From Octopus sinensis (Eukaryota): DNA of 64,000 nucleotides. Shown in pieces: positions 25,701 through 37,479 of the stretch. The first letter of the stretch is position 1, and each line of letters starts with the position of its first letter. The position numbers and the translations under genes are program-made. Under the pieces are notes generated by a model. It was not told where the DNA came from, did not search any database, and saw nothing but the letters and a program-made list of their open reading frames with translations. The stretch lies in contig NC_043010.1 in the NCBI RefSeq assembly GCF_006345805.1, forward strand, positions 16,740,001-16,804,000. The letters are read 5' to 3'.

Positions 25701-26629
25701 AGCCGCATGGTACAAAAAGATCAACAGGAGTGGGGACAGAAGTAGGAGTGGGTAGAGGTTGCAAGGGTGTATGAGAAGAGTGAGAGAGAGGGGTGGTTGG
25801 AGGTGGGGAAGAGGAAGGGGGAAAATATAATGACTGAAGAACAAGGGCTGAGGAGTGGAAGGTGGGGGGAAGAGTAGGTGATGACTGTAGTGTGAAGGGG
25901 GTGATCAATGGTACATGTGAGTTAGGGGAAGGTAGGGGAGAGTAGGTAATGACTGACCGTTCAGTTAGGGATGAAGAGCAGCAGAATAGTAACAATAGAT
26001 CAGTAGACACGGGAAGATGTGTGGATGGGTAGATTTTAAGAGTGTGAGGGGAGAGGCAGGTTTTAGGTATGGGGAGAGTAAGTATGGTGGTGGGGAAGGA
26101 GAAATAATTTGGTAGCAGAGAAGGGTGCTCAATGTAAAATGTGAGTAGAGACAGACATTGAAGGATGTCACATGAAGCAATCCCAGTTGTTAAGGAGGAA
26201 GATAAGAGGGATCACAGTAAAAGATAATAATGAATTATGTAGTTCCATTCTCATTTAATTAGTGCAACAGTCTGTTATAATTAGGCAGGTGATGGACCTA
26301 ATTAAGTCTTGTCAGTGATAAACACACTGGAAGTATTAAGGTTGGCGAACGGCTGACATTCTGAGAGAACCCTGTAATTTTTAACACTTAAGTCTCTTTG
26401 AGAAGTTTCTCTGAGACTAAATATTACAGCTTCAGCCATTCCATGTTTGTACAGTCATCATATTACACCTTTTGATATCTTAATCAAGTTCTTTAACCCT
26501 TGTTGCTGTTGTTTCTTGATTATTAAAAGCAAATGAAATTTTCTAATGTCTTTGGCTGTTCCCCACCTCAACTCCACACGAATCCCTTAGCACCTACTTG
26601 ATGTATAGAACTTCAAGGAATTTTCACCA

Positions 26630-27050
26630 AACACACAAAACTTGTGCCGTTTCCATCCCAACATTTTCCTCTTGCTCTCATCTGATAGTTCTTACCCATA
26701 CTTCTCACAATCTCCTTCTTCAGTCATCCACCTTCTAATTAAGATCACCCTAAACGAGGTGTCCATTTCATCTACAGATGTGTCCACATTCATATCAACT
26801 GACGTTGCATCACCCCCACCAACCCTCTCTCTCTCACTGGTCATATGACTTATCCATCGAATTCCTAATATTCTACTTAACACTCTGGGTTCAAAAGCCA
26901 GGAATTTAGCATCTGATAGAATGATCCAGCATTTCAAGATCAATATCTATAAATTAATATTGATCTGATGCTGGCACTATAAATATTTACCTTGATCTGT
27001 GTCAAGAGACCGTTGGACTTGCATGTCATTTTTAACATGGCCGTTGCTTG
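26630..27050 (-). mobile_element. RTE (BovB-like group) LINE 3' fragment
   Basis: ORF 26692..26943 contains KFLAFEPRVLSRILGIRWISHMTSE, resembling L.AFE..CLRRILGI.W.D.V.NE; then RRWMTE..CEK...LGW. Confidence 0.6.
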
Positions 27051-29377
27051 TTCTGTGTTTTTAATTCTTCCCCCCTCCATCTACAAATCAACGATCAAAG
27101 TCCCTTTTGAATTGCTTTTGTATCCATTCCATTTCAGTCAAACGTCACTGACACAGTTTCACTCATGAGGTTGTGGTAGACAGCAGACACTTTCCCAACA
27201 TACTGCACACAGAGGATTGAACCTGTAACCTCGTGACTGAGAAGGAAACTTCTTAACCACTCAGCTATTTGGCCAAACAGTCTTAACAAACACAAAACCA
27301 TTAAAATGATAAAAAGGCTACAATATAACCCCAAAACGGCCAGAAAAGAGCCAAATTTTCAACAAAGATTTGTGAGATGTCATTGAATTTTTATCAGATT
27401 TAAATAACATATCATTCACTTATTTTGTGTGTCCTGTTAGCGTTAACAAATTATATAATTATATGTACAGTGTGTGTGTGTGTGAACTTACATAAATATC
27501 TTTTTGTATTTGAAATGATTTAAACAGAAATATTTAGTCCTTCTACAGTCACCAGTATCATTTAACGTGTGTGTGTGTGTGTGTGTGTATACATAGCTAT
27601 GTATGTGTATAGAATGTGTGTGTGTGTGTACATAGCTATTGCATGTGTACACAATAAATACACTTAACTCACTAAACAATGCCATCTATAATCCCTCTCG
27701 TATCAAGCATGTCAAAATAGCTTAGCTACTCAATAAAGAAACAAAAAAGAAACATTGCATTTCAACTGTTAATCATAATGAAAACCGATTTTGCTAAATC
27801 CACACTAATCTTGTACAAACCCGGTCAACTGTTTCTTTTAAGACTACACAAAATGGTGTATGTGTGTGTGTATGTGTGTGTGTCTGTGTGTGTAAAGCTA
27901 TTTAATACACACACACACACACACATACACCCCGAATTGCACCAATATTATTAATCTCCCCCATAGTTCTGATCTGACAGCGGCCCTTCCATCATCTTTC
28001 AGCAAAGCCCTTCTCTCTAATCTTCATAAGTAGCCAAAGCCTAAATCAGACCAGAAATTCAAGTCCTGCATCTCTATGGATCAACAACTGACTCACATAA
28101 ATAATACATCATCTGGCTTTACCATATTCCACAAACTAGGAATAATCAACTCTTTGACATGGCTGCAAGTTCTATAGTTTGGTAAGGAATAAGAAATTTC
28201 CCTACAGAGAAATGGCTCATGTTATTAATTCTGACCATACACAAAAGTGTTGAAAATATATAAATAAAATTGTTAGCAGTGGCTTGTGTCTTTGAGAAAC
28301 AATATACTCATAAATGTCTCCCAAAGATCTGGGAATTCAAACCATTTTCTCATTATTTGAGATCTTGAGCCAAACACTGGACACTTAGAAAGCTTCCATA
28401 TGCCAACAATCTATTTCTCCTTGGAGAATCTATTTAAGAGTTGCAGAAGAATTTTGAAGCATAACAGAATGAGTGGGTTTGGTTCCCCAAAGGGGTGATG
28501 GCTGTTAAAATAAAGGACCGGGGTCAATGAAGTCAACTTGTCTCCTCTTCTCAGAATTGCTGGTCTCGGGTCACCATGCCCTGGGGACACGTTATGATCT
28601 CAGTCACTTATGCACTGTGGAAATTGGTTAACCGACCTAAACAGGCCTAGGGCTCGAGAAAAGGTAACAGTAAATGTTTATATATAAGACCCTACCAGAT
28701 ATGTGTATTTAATAGATATATATAGGAAATATATACAAAAGCAATATATATGAATTTGGGGTGTAAAATCCACCTGAAGGATTTTCCCCCTCAGTCAAAT
28801 TGATGCTGTTGTCAACTGGGTTATTCTTTTCTTCTTTTACTGGTTTCAGTGTGAAGGCACAGAGGTTCAATTCCCAGACTTAGTAGTGCATCGTGTCCTT
28901 GAGCAAGGCACTTCATTTCACATTGTTGCAGTATATTCAGCTGGAAATTAGTACCAGTGCTATCAGGGGGTTAATTCTGCAACAAACCAACATCCCATCT
29001 TTAAGGAGTCTTAGTTGTTTATATTGACAGCACCACTTCTTTCAGTCTGGTATTTTATTAATCTTTATTTGTTGAATGGCTAAGTAATCTTTAATGCAAA
29101 AACACAAAGCCAGTTTATACTGATAAACACACACACACATATATCTTTTATATTTTTCTTCTCCATTTTATTTTATTGACTTTTTAATATATATATATAT
29201 ATACCACTTATAAACAAGGACCAAAGAAAAAAATTCTAATGCCAAATATGCCGAAATAGGCATATATAGCATTAGAATTTTTTTCTTTTGCCCTTGTTTA
29301 TAAATTTAACCTTTAAAGATATTTTTTAATATGCTGGCCATTGATAGAATTTTTTTCGAAAAATTTTATCCTATATT

Positions 29378-29422
<45 letters not shown>

Positions 29423-29444
29423 TAATAAAAAATATATATAATAA

Positions 29445-29520
29445 TATATATAATGAAATTATTGTATACAGTGCTCAGGTGCACCACAACTTGTCAGAGT
29501 ATATGCAGTAATGTACAACA
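29445..29520 (-). mobile_element. CR1 3'UTR tail fragment
   Basis: taatgaaattattgtatacagtgctcaggtgcaccacaacttgtca is identical to the sequence at ~1238-1283. Confidence 0.85.
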
Positions 29521-29554
29521 GAAAGAAGCATATTCTAAAAAATAGAGCAGTAAG

Positions 29555-29716
29555 TATTACAACAAAATTTTATACAGAGTTACCCAGCTGATAGCTTGTC
29601 AGACTCTATATGAATACAAAATTTTATATTCATATGAAGTCTAACGAGCAGTCCACAAGGCTTTGGCTTTATGGGTGTAAAACCTTGGGTAACTCTATAT
29701 AAAATTTTGTAGTAAT
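29555..29716. ncRNA. Fold-back element with two decayed, outward-facing minimal hammerhead motifs
   Basis: Outer IR tattacaacaaaattttatacagagttaccca / tgggtaactctatataaaattttgtagtaata. Plus strand: CTAACGAG (29641)...AAAAC cttgg GTA actct. Minus strand: agagt CTGACAAG...GGTA actct, with GAAA deleted. Confidence 0.55.
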
Positions 29717-29810
29717 ATATATATATATATATATATATATATCATCATCATCATCAGTGTACCATATATCCTAAAAACTAGCACACTTTAAAGCATAGAG
29801 CAGTAGTATA

Positions 29811-30669
29811 TACATGGTCTGATCAATAAGTATCTGGACTGTTGCCATAGTAACAAGGCTACAGCATGCAGAATGAAGCTGCTTGGCACAGAATGATCTT
29901 GACCTCTGCTGTGTTACTAACTCACTTCCGCTGTTTACAGCAGCACTTGGAAGGAAGGTGTGTAGTGTGTGATAGTTGCATTGGCCATAGCAGAGAAAGC
30001 TAAGCTGAGCAGAGAATCTACATCAAATTTTGCCAAAATCTTGGCAATGCCCACTCAGAGGCCTAAACAAATTTTTCCAAAACCTTACATCCTTCTCAAC
30101 ACAATCAAGGAGATCTTGTGCAACTGAAACCCAAGTGTCTTTTTGGTCAAACTTGGCAGATATGCGTCTCATACCCAAATCTTCAGTGATAATGAACTGA
30201 ACCGTAACTAATTTGCACATCTACTGATATCTCACGGATGGTGATTCCATGATTTCCCCTCACAGCTGCACACACATCTGCGATGCTTTTCTCAGTTCTG
30301 GTGATTGTGGGTCTTCCAGAGCATTTGTCAATATTGATATGTTTTTGGCCATCTTGGAAACATCTGAACCACTCGTACACTTGTGTGCGGCTCATAAACT
30401 CCTCTCCATACACTTTGTGCAACATTGCATAGGCCTCTGATCAGGTATTGCCATGACAACTTTCTTTTTCATGGTCAATGCGATGATCACATGCTACACA
30501 CCTTCCTTCCAAGCACTGCAGTAAACAGCAGAAGGTAAGCTAGAATGTTAAAACTTAGTGCTCATGCACAGCAGAGTTCAAGGTCAATCTGTGCCAAATG
30601 GCTTTACTCTGTATGCTTCATTTTCATTACTATGGCAACAGTCAAGATACTTATTGATCAGGCCTCGTA
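29811..30669. mobile_element. Mariner-derived structure with two 5' ends (+ 29811-30062; - 30063-30669)
   Basis: Both termini read TA-x-ctgatcaataagtatct.gactgttgccatagtaa; the minus ORF 30183..30425 is a mariner HTH (VYGEEFMSRTQVYEWFRCFQDG...CSGRP), continuing LGMRRISAKF...AQDLLDCV. Confidence 0.85.
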
Positions 30670-31024
30670 TTATTAAGGTATGTAACTACCTTTCTAATCT
30701 CCCTCAGTCACTGAACCAGTCAACTTATTTCCCTCAAATAATGGCCCTTTCCTTTCTCACTATCTCAACCATTAAATCTATAGCCTTCATACAAACTAAC
30801 ACAAAGGTTACCATTCACATACTACCTAAACCACACTTCCTTCTTCCTCCTACTTTCCACCTCTATTACTTTAACTTCCTACTGGCTTCCTTATTAACCC
30901 CTAAACCTTGAAATTTATTTTCTCCTCTTGCTATTCTCTATCTGAATACCTCGCCCCAATTCCTCTCTCTAATAATTTTAGCTCTCCACAAAATCATTTC
31001 ATCTTTAATCACCTCTCTGTAAGA

Positions 31025-31125
31025 TTTCTCCCCTGAAGACAGAGGCTCATATCAGCCAATGAGGGAATCAATTTGCAATCATTATTTTGGACCACAGAGC
31101 CCCTAGAAACAGCTGTTGGACTAAG
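31025..31125 (+). ncRNA. Minimal (Penelope-type) hammerhead ribozyme remnant
   Basis: CTGAAGA (31033), stem II agaggctc/gagcccct, GAAAC agct GTT (31106-31117) with palindromic stem III aacagctgtt; stem I poorly preserved. Confidence 0.55.
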
Positions 31126-31369
31126 AATACTCTTTTTCAACTCCTTTAATTCTTGATATCATATCTATTCCAAGTAAGTCAGGCATTTTTGCATGTAAAC
31201 ATATATACATTTTTTTGTATTTAATGTATTTAATATTTTTTGTATTTTGACTTACCTAACTTGCTTATCTTTACATTTACTCCTCTACACGCTCAAGTAC
31301 AAACCTCTTGAGCTCAACTAAGTGTATTCTATACAGAGAATATCTGATTCTCATCTCTGAACTATCCGA

Positions 31370-31600
31370 ACGTGGTCGATGCCAGCCCCCTCGCCCTGAA
31401 TGGCTCCTGTACCAGTGGCACGTAAAAAGCACCCACTACACTACACTCTCAGAGCAGTTGGTGTTAGGAAGGGCATACAGCTGTAGAAACACTGCCAGAT
31501 CAAACTGGAGCCTGGTGCAGCCTCCTGATTTGCCAGATCCCAGTTAAACTGTCCAACCCATGCCAGCATAGAAAACGCATGTTAAACGATGATGATGATG
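31370..31600 (+). mobile_element. RTE 3'UTR/tail repeat
   Basis: gtggcacgtaaaaagcacccactacact...ggtgttaggaagggcatacagctgtagaaac...gttaaacgatgatgatgat. Confidence 0.85.
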
Positions 31601-31776
31601 ATATAAATACGGGAATGTAAAACTCTGAGCAACAGTTTTTGTGATGTCTTCGCAGCTTTATTAATAAACTCAAGTACTATTTTTACCACCTTGTTTCACA
31701 TTTATATGCTTACTCTGATGTACATATATCGAATATATATATATACATAGGTGTATATTCTATATACGTAGGCTGT

Positions 31777-32430
31777 AGGCATGGCTGTGTGGTAAGAAAC
31801 ATGCTTCCCAACCATATGGTTCCAGATTGTTATGGGAGAATCCTGAACACCCCCACAGGACTGAAAATAGACTAACTGATTGCAATAAATAAGAACTGAC
31901 AGAACTGTGAGGGACGGTAGTTTGACGGGTGTTAGTTTGACCATGTTGGTTAACCATGTGTTGGTTTAACAGTTGGTAGTTGAACAGTGAGTACTGAGTA
32001 TCGTACCTATGTTCGAGTAACATATATTTCTGCAACGGATTATTTTTAGACAACCACAACCAACTATTTATTTGTATAACACCATTTTACACCAAACCTA
32101 TATACCCACATCATAACACAGATTCAGTCCCTTAGTCCCACTGAGTGGCACCTTGAGCAAGTCTCTTCTACCACGGCCTCAAGCCAACCAAAGCCTTGTG
32201 AGTGTATTTTTTAGATGGAAATTGAAAGAAGCCACTCGTATGCGTGTGTTTGTCCCACCTCACCACTTAACAAACAGTGTTGGTGTCTTCACGTCCCAAA
32301 GACCTAAGAGTTTGGCAAAAGAGGCTAACAGAGTAAGCACCAGGTTTCACAAAAAATAAGTCCTGGGGTCAATTCATTCAACAAAAAGTTCTTCAAGGAA
32401 TTGCTCCAGCATGGCCTCAGTCTAATTACT
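31777..32430 (+). mobile_element. CORE-type tRNA-derived SINE interrupted by a solo LTR
   Basis: Head ggcatggctgtgtggtaagaaacatgcttcccaaccatatggttcc resumes at 32119 with ttcagtcc...gtggcaccttgagcaagt...ccaaagccttgtgagtg and ends ctgaaacaagtaa. Confidence 0.85.
31828..32118. mobile_element. Solo LTR (291 bp), possibly BEL/Pao
   Basis: TGTTATG...CATAACA termini, a perfect 5-bp TSD CAGAT (31823-31827 and 32119-32123), and an internal AATAAA. Confidence 0.75.
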
Positions 32431-32440
32431 GAAACAAGTA

Positions 32441-32486
<46 letters not shown>

Positions 32487-33655
32487 ATGTGCATGTGCAT
32501 GCATGCACGAGTATTAAGAAGGAGTTTAGTCAGGATTTTGAATAAAAAACTATTGATAGCTTTCATCTTTTTTGAGAGATTCATCATGAATGATATATTT
32601 ATAGAAAATTCATACATTTTATATTCTAGTGAGTTAGTTGAAATTTGTGTGTGTGTGTATATATATATATGCTTGTGTAAGTATGTGTATGGCAAATTTT
32701 TGGAGGTTTGTTAGATAGAGAAGAAAGAAAGAAAGAAAGAAAGGAGAGTTTTTCTGAGATGGTTGAAATTGTTGACAGGTCAAAAAGTTGATTTTCTTTT
32801 AGTCATTGTGACTGGCAGTAATTTTGGTTAGTTGTCCTGTTAGCCAGCTGTAGAAAATAGAATCTGTCAAATAGTTTTGGAACGTTTTTAAATGTGTGTG
32901 TGTGTGTGTGTGAATGTGTGTGTGTGTGTGTGTGAATGTGTGTGTGATTGTGTGTGTATGCTGTTGCTTAAGTGAATCTTTCCAGTTATTTCAGCAACAG
33001 TCATGAGAACATTATTATTAATAATAATCTCCAGTGATAATCTGATTTGGTTCATCTGGGAGACTAATCTATTTTTTGAGGGATTTCTCATGTGCTTCTA
33101 AATATATTTTTTAAGCATTTAGCTTAAATAAAATTTTTTTTTATAAAATCTGCTCCTATTACCTTCTGGTATTTTGGATCATCCCTTGGGCATTTGTAGA
33201 AACGAAAGATCTTGTATCTGCTGTTTCCACATATTTTAAGATGTTTTCGTTCATTTCTGTTCAACCCTTGCTAGCACGGAAAACGGACGATGATGATGAT
33301 GATGATGATGATGTTTATTGTTGAAGTTGTTGTTGAAACATACAGTCTTGACCAGCTGGACATATGTAATTACAAACTTGTATGCAGGCAGATTGGGTTA
33401 TTGGTCATTTATTTCCCAAATTATGGCAATGGAGAGATTTGGCACTCAGTCACCATTTCCAAGGGTAGAACTGCTTCCTTCTTTATGAGGGGTCGTTCTT
33501 TATGTTGTTTATTTTGTTTTCCAAGAACAGTTCATGTTCCATGTACTCGTGCTTCGTACTTTTTGTTGTACACATTTTTCATGACATCCTGTGCCCACGT
33601 ATGCTTATATATATATACGTATAGATGTAGGTATGTACATATACGTATGTATATA

Positions 33656-33689
<34 letters not shown>

Positions 33690-33846
33690 ATCCGAATAGG
33701 AAGACAAAGAAAGCTTTAATGATTGGTTACAATTGCTTCTGGAACAAGTTTGCTTTCAACACCAGTTGACACAAAAGTTCAAAATGAAAATTTACATATT
33801 TGTGGTTTTAGACATTAGAGTGGCATTTCACTTCAATCTCTCTCTA

Positions 33847-33896
<50 letters not shown>

Positions 33897-34385
33897 TATA
33901 CACACACACACCTGTCTTGTCTGTCAACCTATCAATCTATTTTTACTAGAAAGATTCACTCTAATATTTTCTCTTTCATGCTCCACCTATTTCTATGTTT
34001 GCTATCCATTACTCATGCTGCACATTATGCATCTGATGTTACATTATATTGCATCTTCAGTGCACTTGACTTACACACATGCACATCACGCACATGCAAA
34101 TATATGTATGCACATGTTTCAGTCCAAATAAACCATACACTCTACAATATGTATTGAGTACTCTCTTCCTCATACATCAATAAAAAGTAATATTTGAACA
34201 CACACACACACACACACACACAGGCATGTGTATGTATGTATGTGTCTGTGGTTACATGTATGTGTGTGTGCATACATGTATGTGTGCACGTACATGTATG
34301 TGTGTGCCATTTTCTACCTTTTTCTATCACTTTCACATTTTCCTTACAGTAATCAAGTGTCTCCCTTCCTCTCACTTTGTATGCC

Positions 34386-34422
<37 letters not shown>

Positions 34423-35401
34423 CCTATGCCTTTCTCCTCTCATTTTTCAACTCTCCGCAACACCCTCACACCCATACGCATTATTTGCCATCTTTTACTC
34501 ACTTTGCAATCCAAACGACATCAAATTCCTGTCTTCCCTCCATTGTGTGCACACTGCAGACCTCAGTGCATGCATAACCCAGTTTTTACGCATTATACAT
34601 TGTAATATGAGCTGCATGCCTGTAAGCTTGCATTACTGCTTAGAAATGATGCATGCATTTTCTATTTTGTACATGTGCAGTGGTGCATCAGCATTTTGCA
34701 CACACTGCATCTGCTCAGTCGCATATTATTGCATTCAATGTATGTAAGTATGATTCACTATTGCACATGTGGATATGCCTCTTTCTACTCGATGTTGTGC
34801 TTGCATCACATGCACAGTGCTGCCCTCTTTTATGCATTGCATGTGTGCAGACACAGATCAACTACATTGCACAGACTTGCATTTCATTCTGTGCATATAT
34901 ATACACCATGCTATATCACCACTATGCAGTGTGTTGAGCAGGAAACGGGATGTGGATACTTACTGCACATACAAATATGCACACATACATACATGCATAT
35001 GCACATGCACATGTATGCATATATACCTACATACATACACACATATGTACCCACATACATACATACATACATATACATGCACTCATACATACATGTATAC
35101 ACATACACATATATATGCACATATATTGATGCATACTCTTATTCTAATTCTTTTGCTGGAATCAGTTGTTGATCAAGTGAAGGTGGGCAGGGCCGTGCAG
35201 TGTTCAAAGTCACAACAGTTTCATCCTTGGTATGAATCTTCAAACACCACTAGGTACTGAGAAGCACCAAATTTTCCAATACCCACAATAAAATTATCAC
35301 TCAAACAAATGTATTGAGTTCTCCTTGTCTTTGAGGTCACCCTACTTAGAACCCTATATATATATAATTACACACACACACACACATACACATATATATA
35401 T

Positions 35402-35548
35402 CTGTAAAATAATATGTGATAATTATTCAATAGCCAAGATAAAACTCTGAGTTTCGGATGCCGAGGTGGAAATCCACAACACCATCTCTTCGGTTATCTG
35501 GCCAGAGTTTTATCTTGGCTATTGAATAATTGTCACATTATTTTACAG
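35402..35548. ncRNA. Fold-back element with one minimal hammerhead motif (minus strand) and an inverted copy of its 3' flank
   Basis: Arms 35402-35449 and 35503-35548. The minus strand reads agataa CCGAAGAG atg...cat cc GAAAC tcaga GTT ttatct: stem I is intact and the core has a U4-to-C change. Confidence 0.65.
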
Positions 35549-35616
35549 ATAAATTTCTTCTATTTACATAATATTGAGGTCTCTTTCTTTCTTTTGTTAT
35601 TTTACCGTTTTTACCA

Positions 35617-35665
<49 letters not shown>

Positions 35666-36083
35666 TTACCATATGTAAAATGAGTTCTGAGTATGTGCAA
35701 TCAAGCCTCACCATGTTGCTGTTGCTGCTGTATTATGTTTTGAACCATTTGTATTCAAAGGCCACCAGCAGCACCACCGCCACCCAGAGACATGCTTCAT
35801 GATTCCAACTTCCAACTAAATGGTCGATAATTTGTTTTTTTTCCTTTTTGGTCAAATTTTATTGGATCCAGTGAAAAAGAACAAAAAAAAGACTCATGCT
35901 CCACTCAGCTGTTTTCATTGCCCCCCTCCCCCCACCTCTCTCTTTGCTGCTCCCTTGGGTGATGAACCAGTCATGCACTGTTGGTGCTGTGCAACGAAGC
36001 ATGCAGAGATAATGACAAGAGGAAGGACTGTGTCTGCAAATTGTTGGAGAGGAATAGAATTGCAGTAGTGATGATGATGATGG

Positions 36084-36114
<31 letters not shown>

Positions 36115-36529
36115 GATAGTGGTGTGGTGGCTTTTTCTCTTTTATTGCTGCAGCAGAGTTGTGTGACGGAGTGAGGTTAACAGTAGCAGTAAGTGACAGA
36201 GAAGCAGAAGTAATCATTTATTGAGTGAAGTCCAATGATCAGGTTTCAATTTCCAGCTGTAACTATTAGCAAATCTCTCATGTAACCTTTAAGAAAAGCA
36301 TGAAGTTTACACATTCTCATTTCCTTTGCTTATAAAAACTCTGTGGCATTGTCCTGACAGTTATAGTTTTGGTTATACTATGGGTTGGTAGTAAATGCAG
36401 TGGTGATGGTCACATGGCATGTTTGGTACTGTTGTTATTTAAGTGGAATCTAGGGTCGGCTGGTTTCTATCCTGTTTCCTTCTGATTCTTAGACCAATCT
36501 GAAAATAAGTACTTGTGTTGGAATTTTTG

Positions 36530-36664
36530 TGTTGCTTACCAACCACATGGTTCCGGGTTCAGTCGCACTGTGTGGCACCTTGGGAAAGTGTCTTCTACTA
36601 TAGCCTCGGGCTGACCAATACCTTGTGAGTGGATTTGGTAGACGGAAACTGAAAGAAGCCTGTC

Positions 36665-36751
<87 letters not shown>

Positions 36752-36950
36752 TGTGTCCCCCCAACATTGCTTGACAACTGATGCCAGTATGTTTACGACC
36801 CCGTTACTTAGCGGTTCGGCAAAAGAGACCGATAGAATAAGTACTAGGTTTCAAAGAATAAGTCCTGGGGTCGATTTGCTTGACTAAAAGGCGGTGTTCC
36901 AGCATGGCCACAGTCAAATGACTGAAACAAGTAAAAGAGTAAAGAGTAAG
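36530..36950 (+). mobile_element. Near full-length CORE-type SINE with an internal (TA)n(TG)n tract
   Basis: ggttccgggttcagtcgcactgtgtggcaccttgggaaagtg...gtggatttggtagacggaaactgaaagaagcc (TA)n(TG)n ...gaataagtcctggggtcgatttg...actgaaacaagtaaaagagtaaagag. Confidence 0.9.
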
Positions 36951-37479
36951 GAATCACCATTATTAATGTCTGATATAATCAGTCAAGCATCCTCCTCATC
37001 TGGGTCGTCAGAGTCACATCTCCACAATTGTTTTCTAAAGCCTTCTTCAGGGATTACAATTATCGAACACTGATATATTTGGACTGATGCCCTTCATCTT
37101 GGTTGTTATTATCACAATTTCTGAACCATCTTCAGATTCCTATCATTATTCAATAATGTTTCTGCAACTTCCAACCAAACCTTTTATTAAATCCATGGGA
37201 ACAGATTATTTTCACCCCATTTTCCATCCTAGGGATATATTCTCCTCTTAGTTATTCTAAAACTAACACAAGAATATTCCTGGTATGAACAATGGGTACA
37301 ATTTATTGCAAGGGATTTGATAAAATAAAGATTTGAAATTCCAGGAATGTTACCATATCGAAGAGGCACCTGAAGAAGTGTGTGTGTGTGTGAGTGGGAG
37401 AATAGCTGAAATGGTGGGACTATTACAACAACCTAGATGATGGCACCAGTCTTATTATATCAGTATCGAATAATCCTTT

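Noticed and set aside
28330-28460. PYANNLFLLGESI*ELQK, resembling the RTE YADD region
   Set aside because: Plausible, but too short and too decayed to annotate with confidence.
28740-28800. Minus-strand CTGAGGGG plus hairpin ggaaaatcc/ggattttac as a hammerhead
   Set aside because: There is no GAAA or NUH in the right positions.
34560-35060. Cluster of TGCATG (RBFOX-like) motifs
   Set aside because: The motifs occur on both strands within TGCA-rich cryptic simple sequence that grades into CA/TA microsatellite, and there is no adjacent supported exon.
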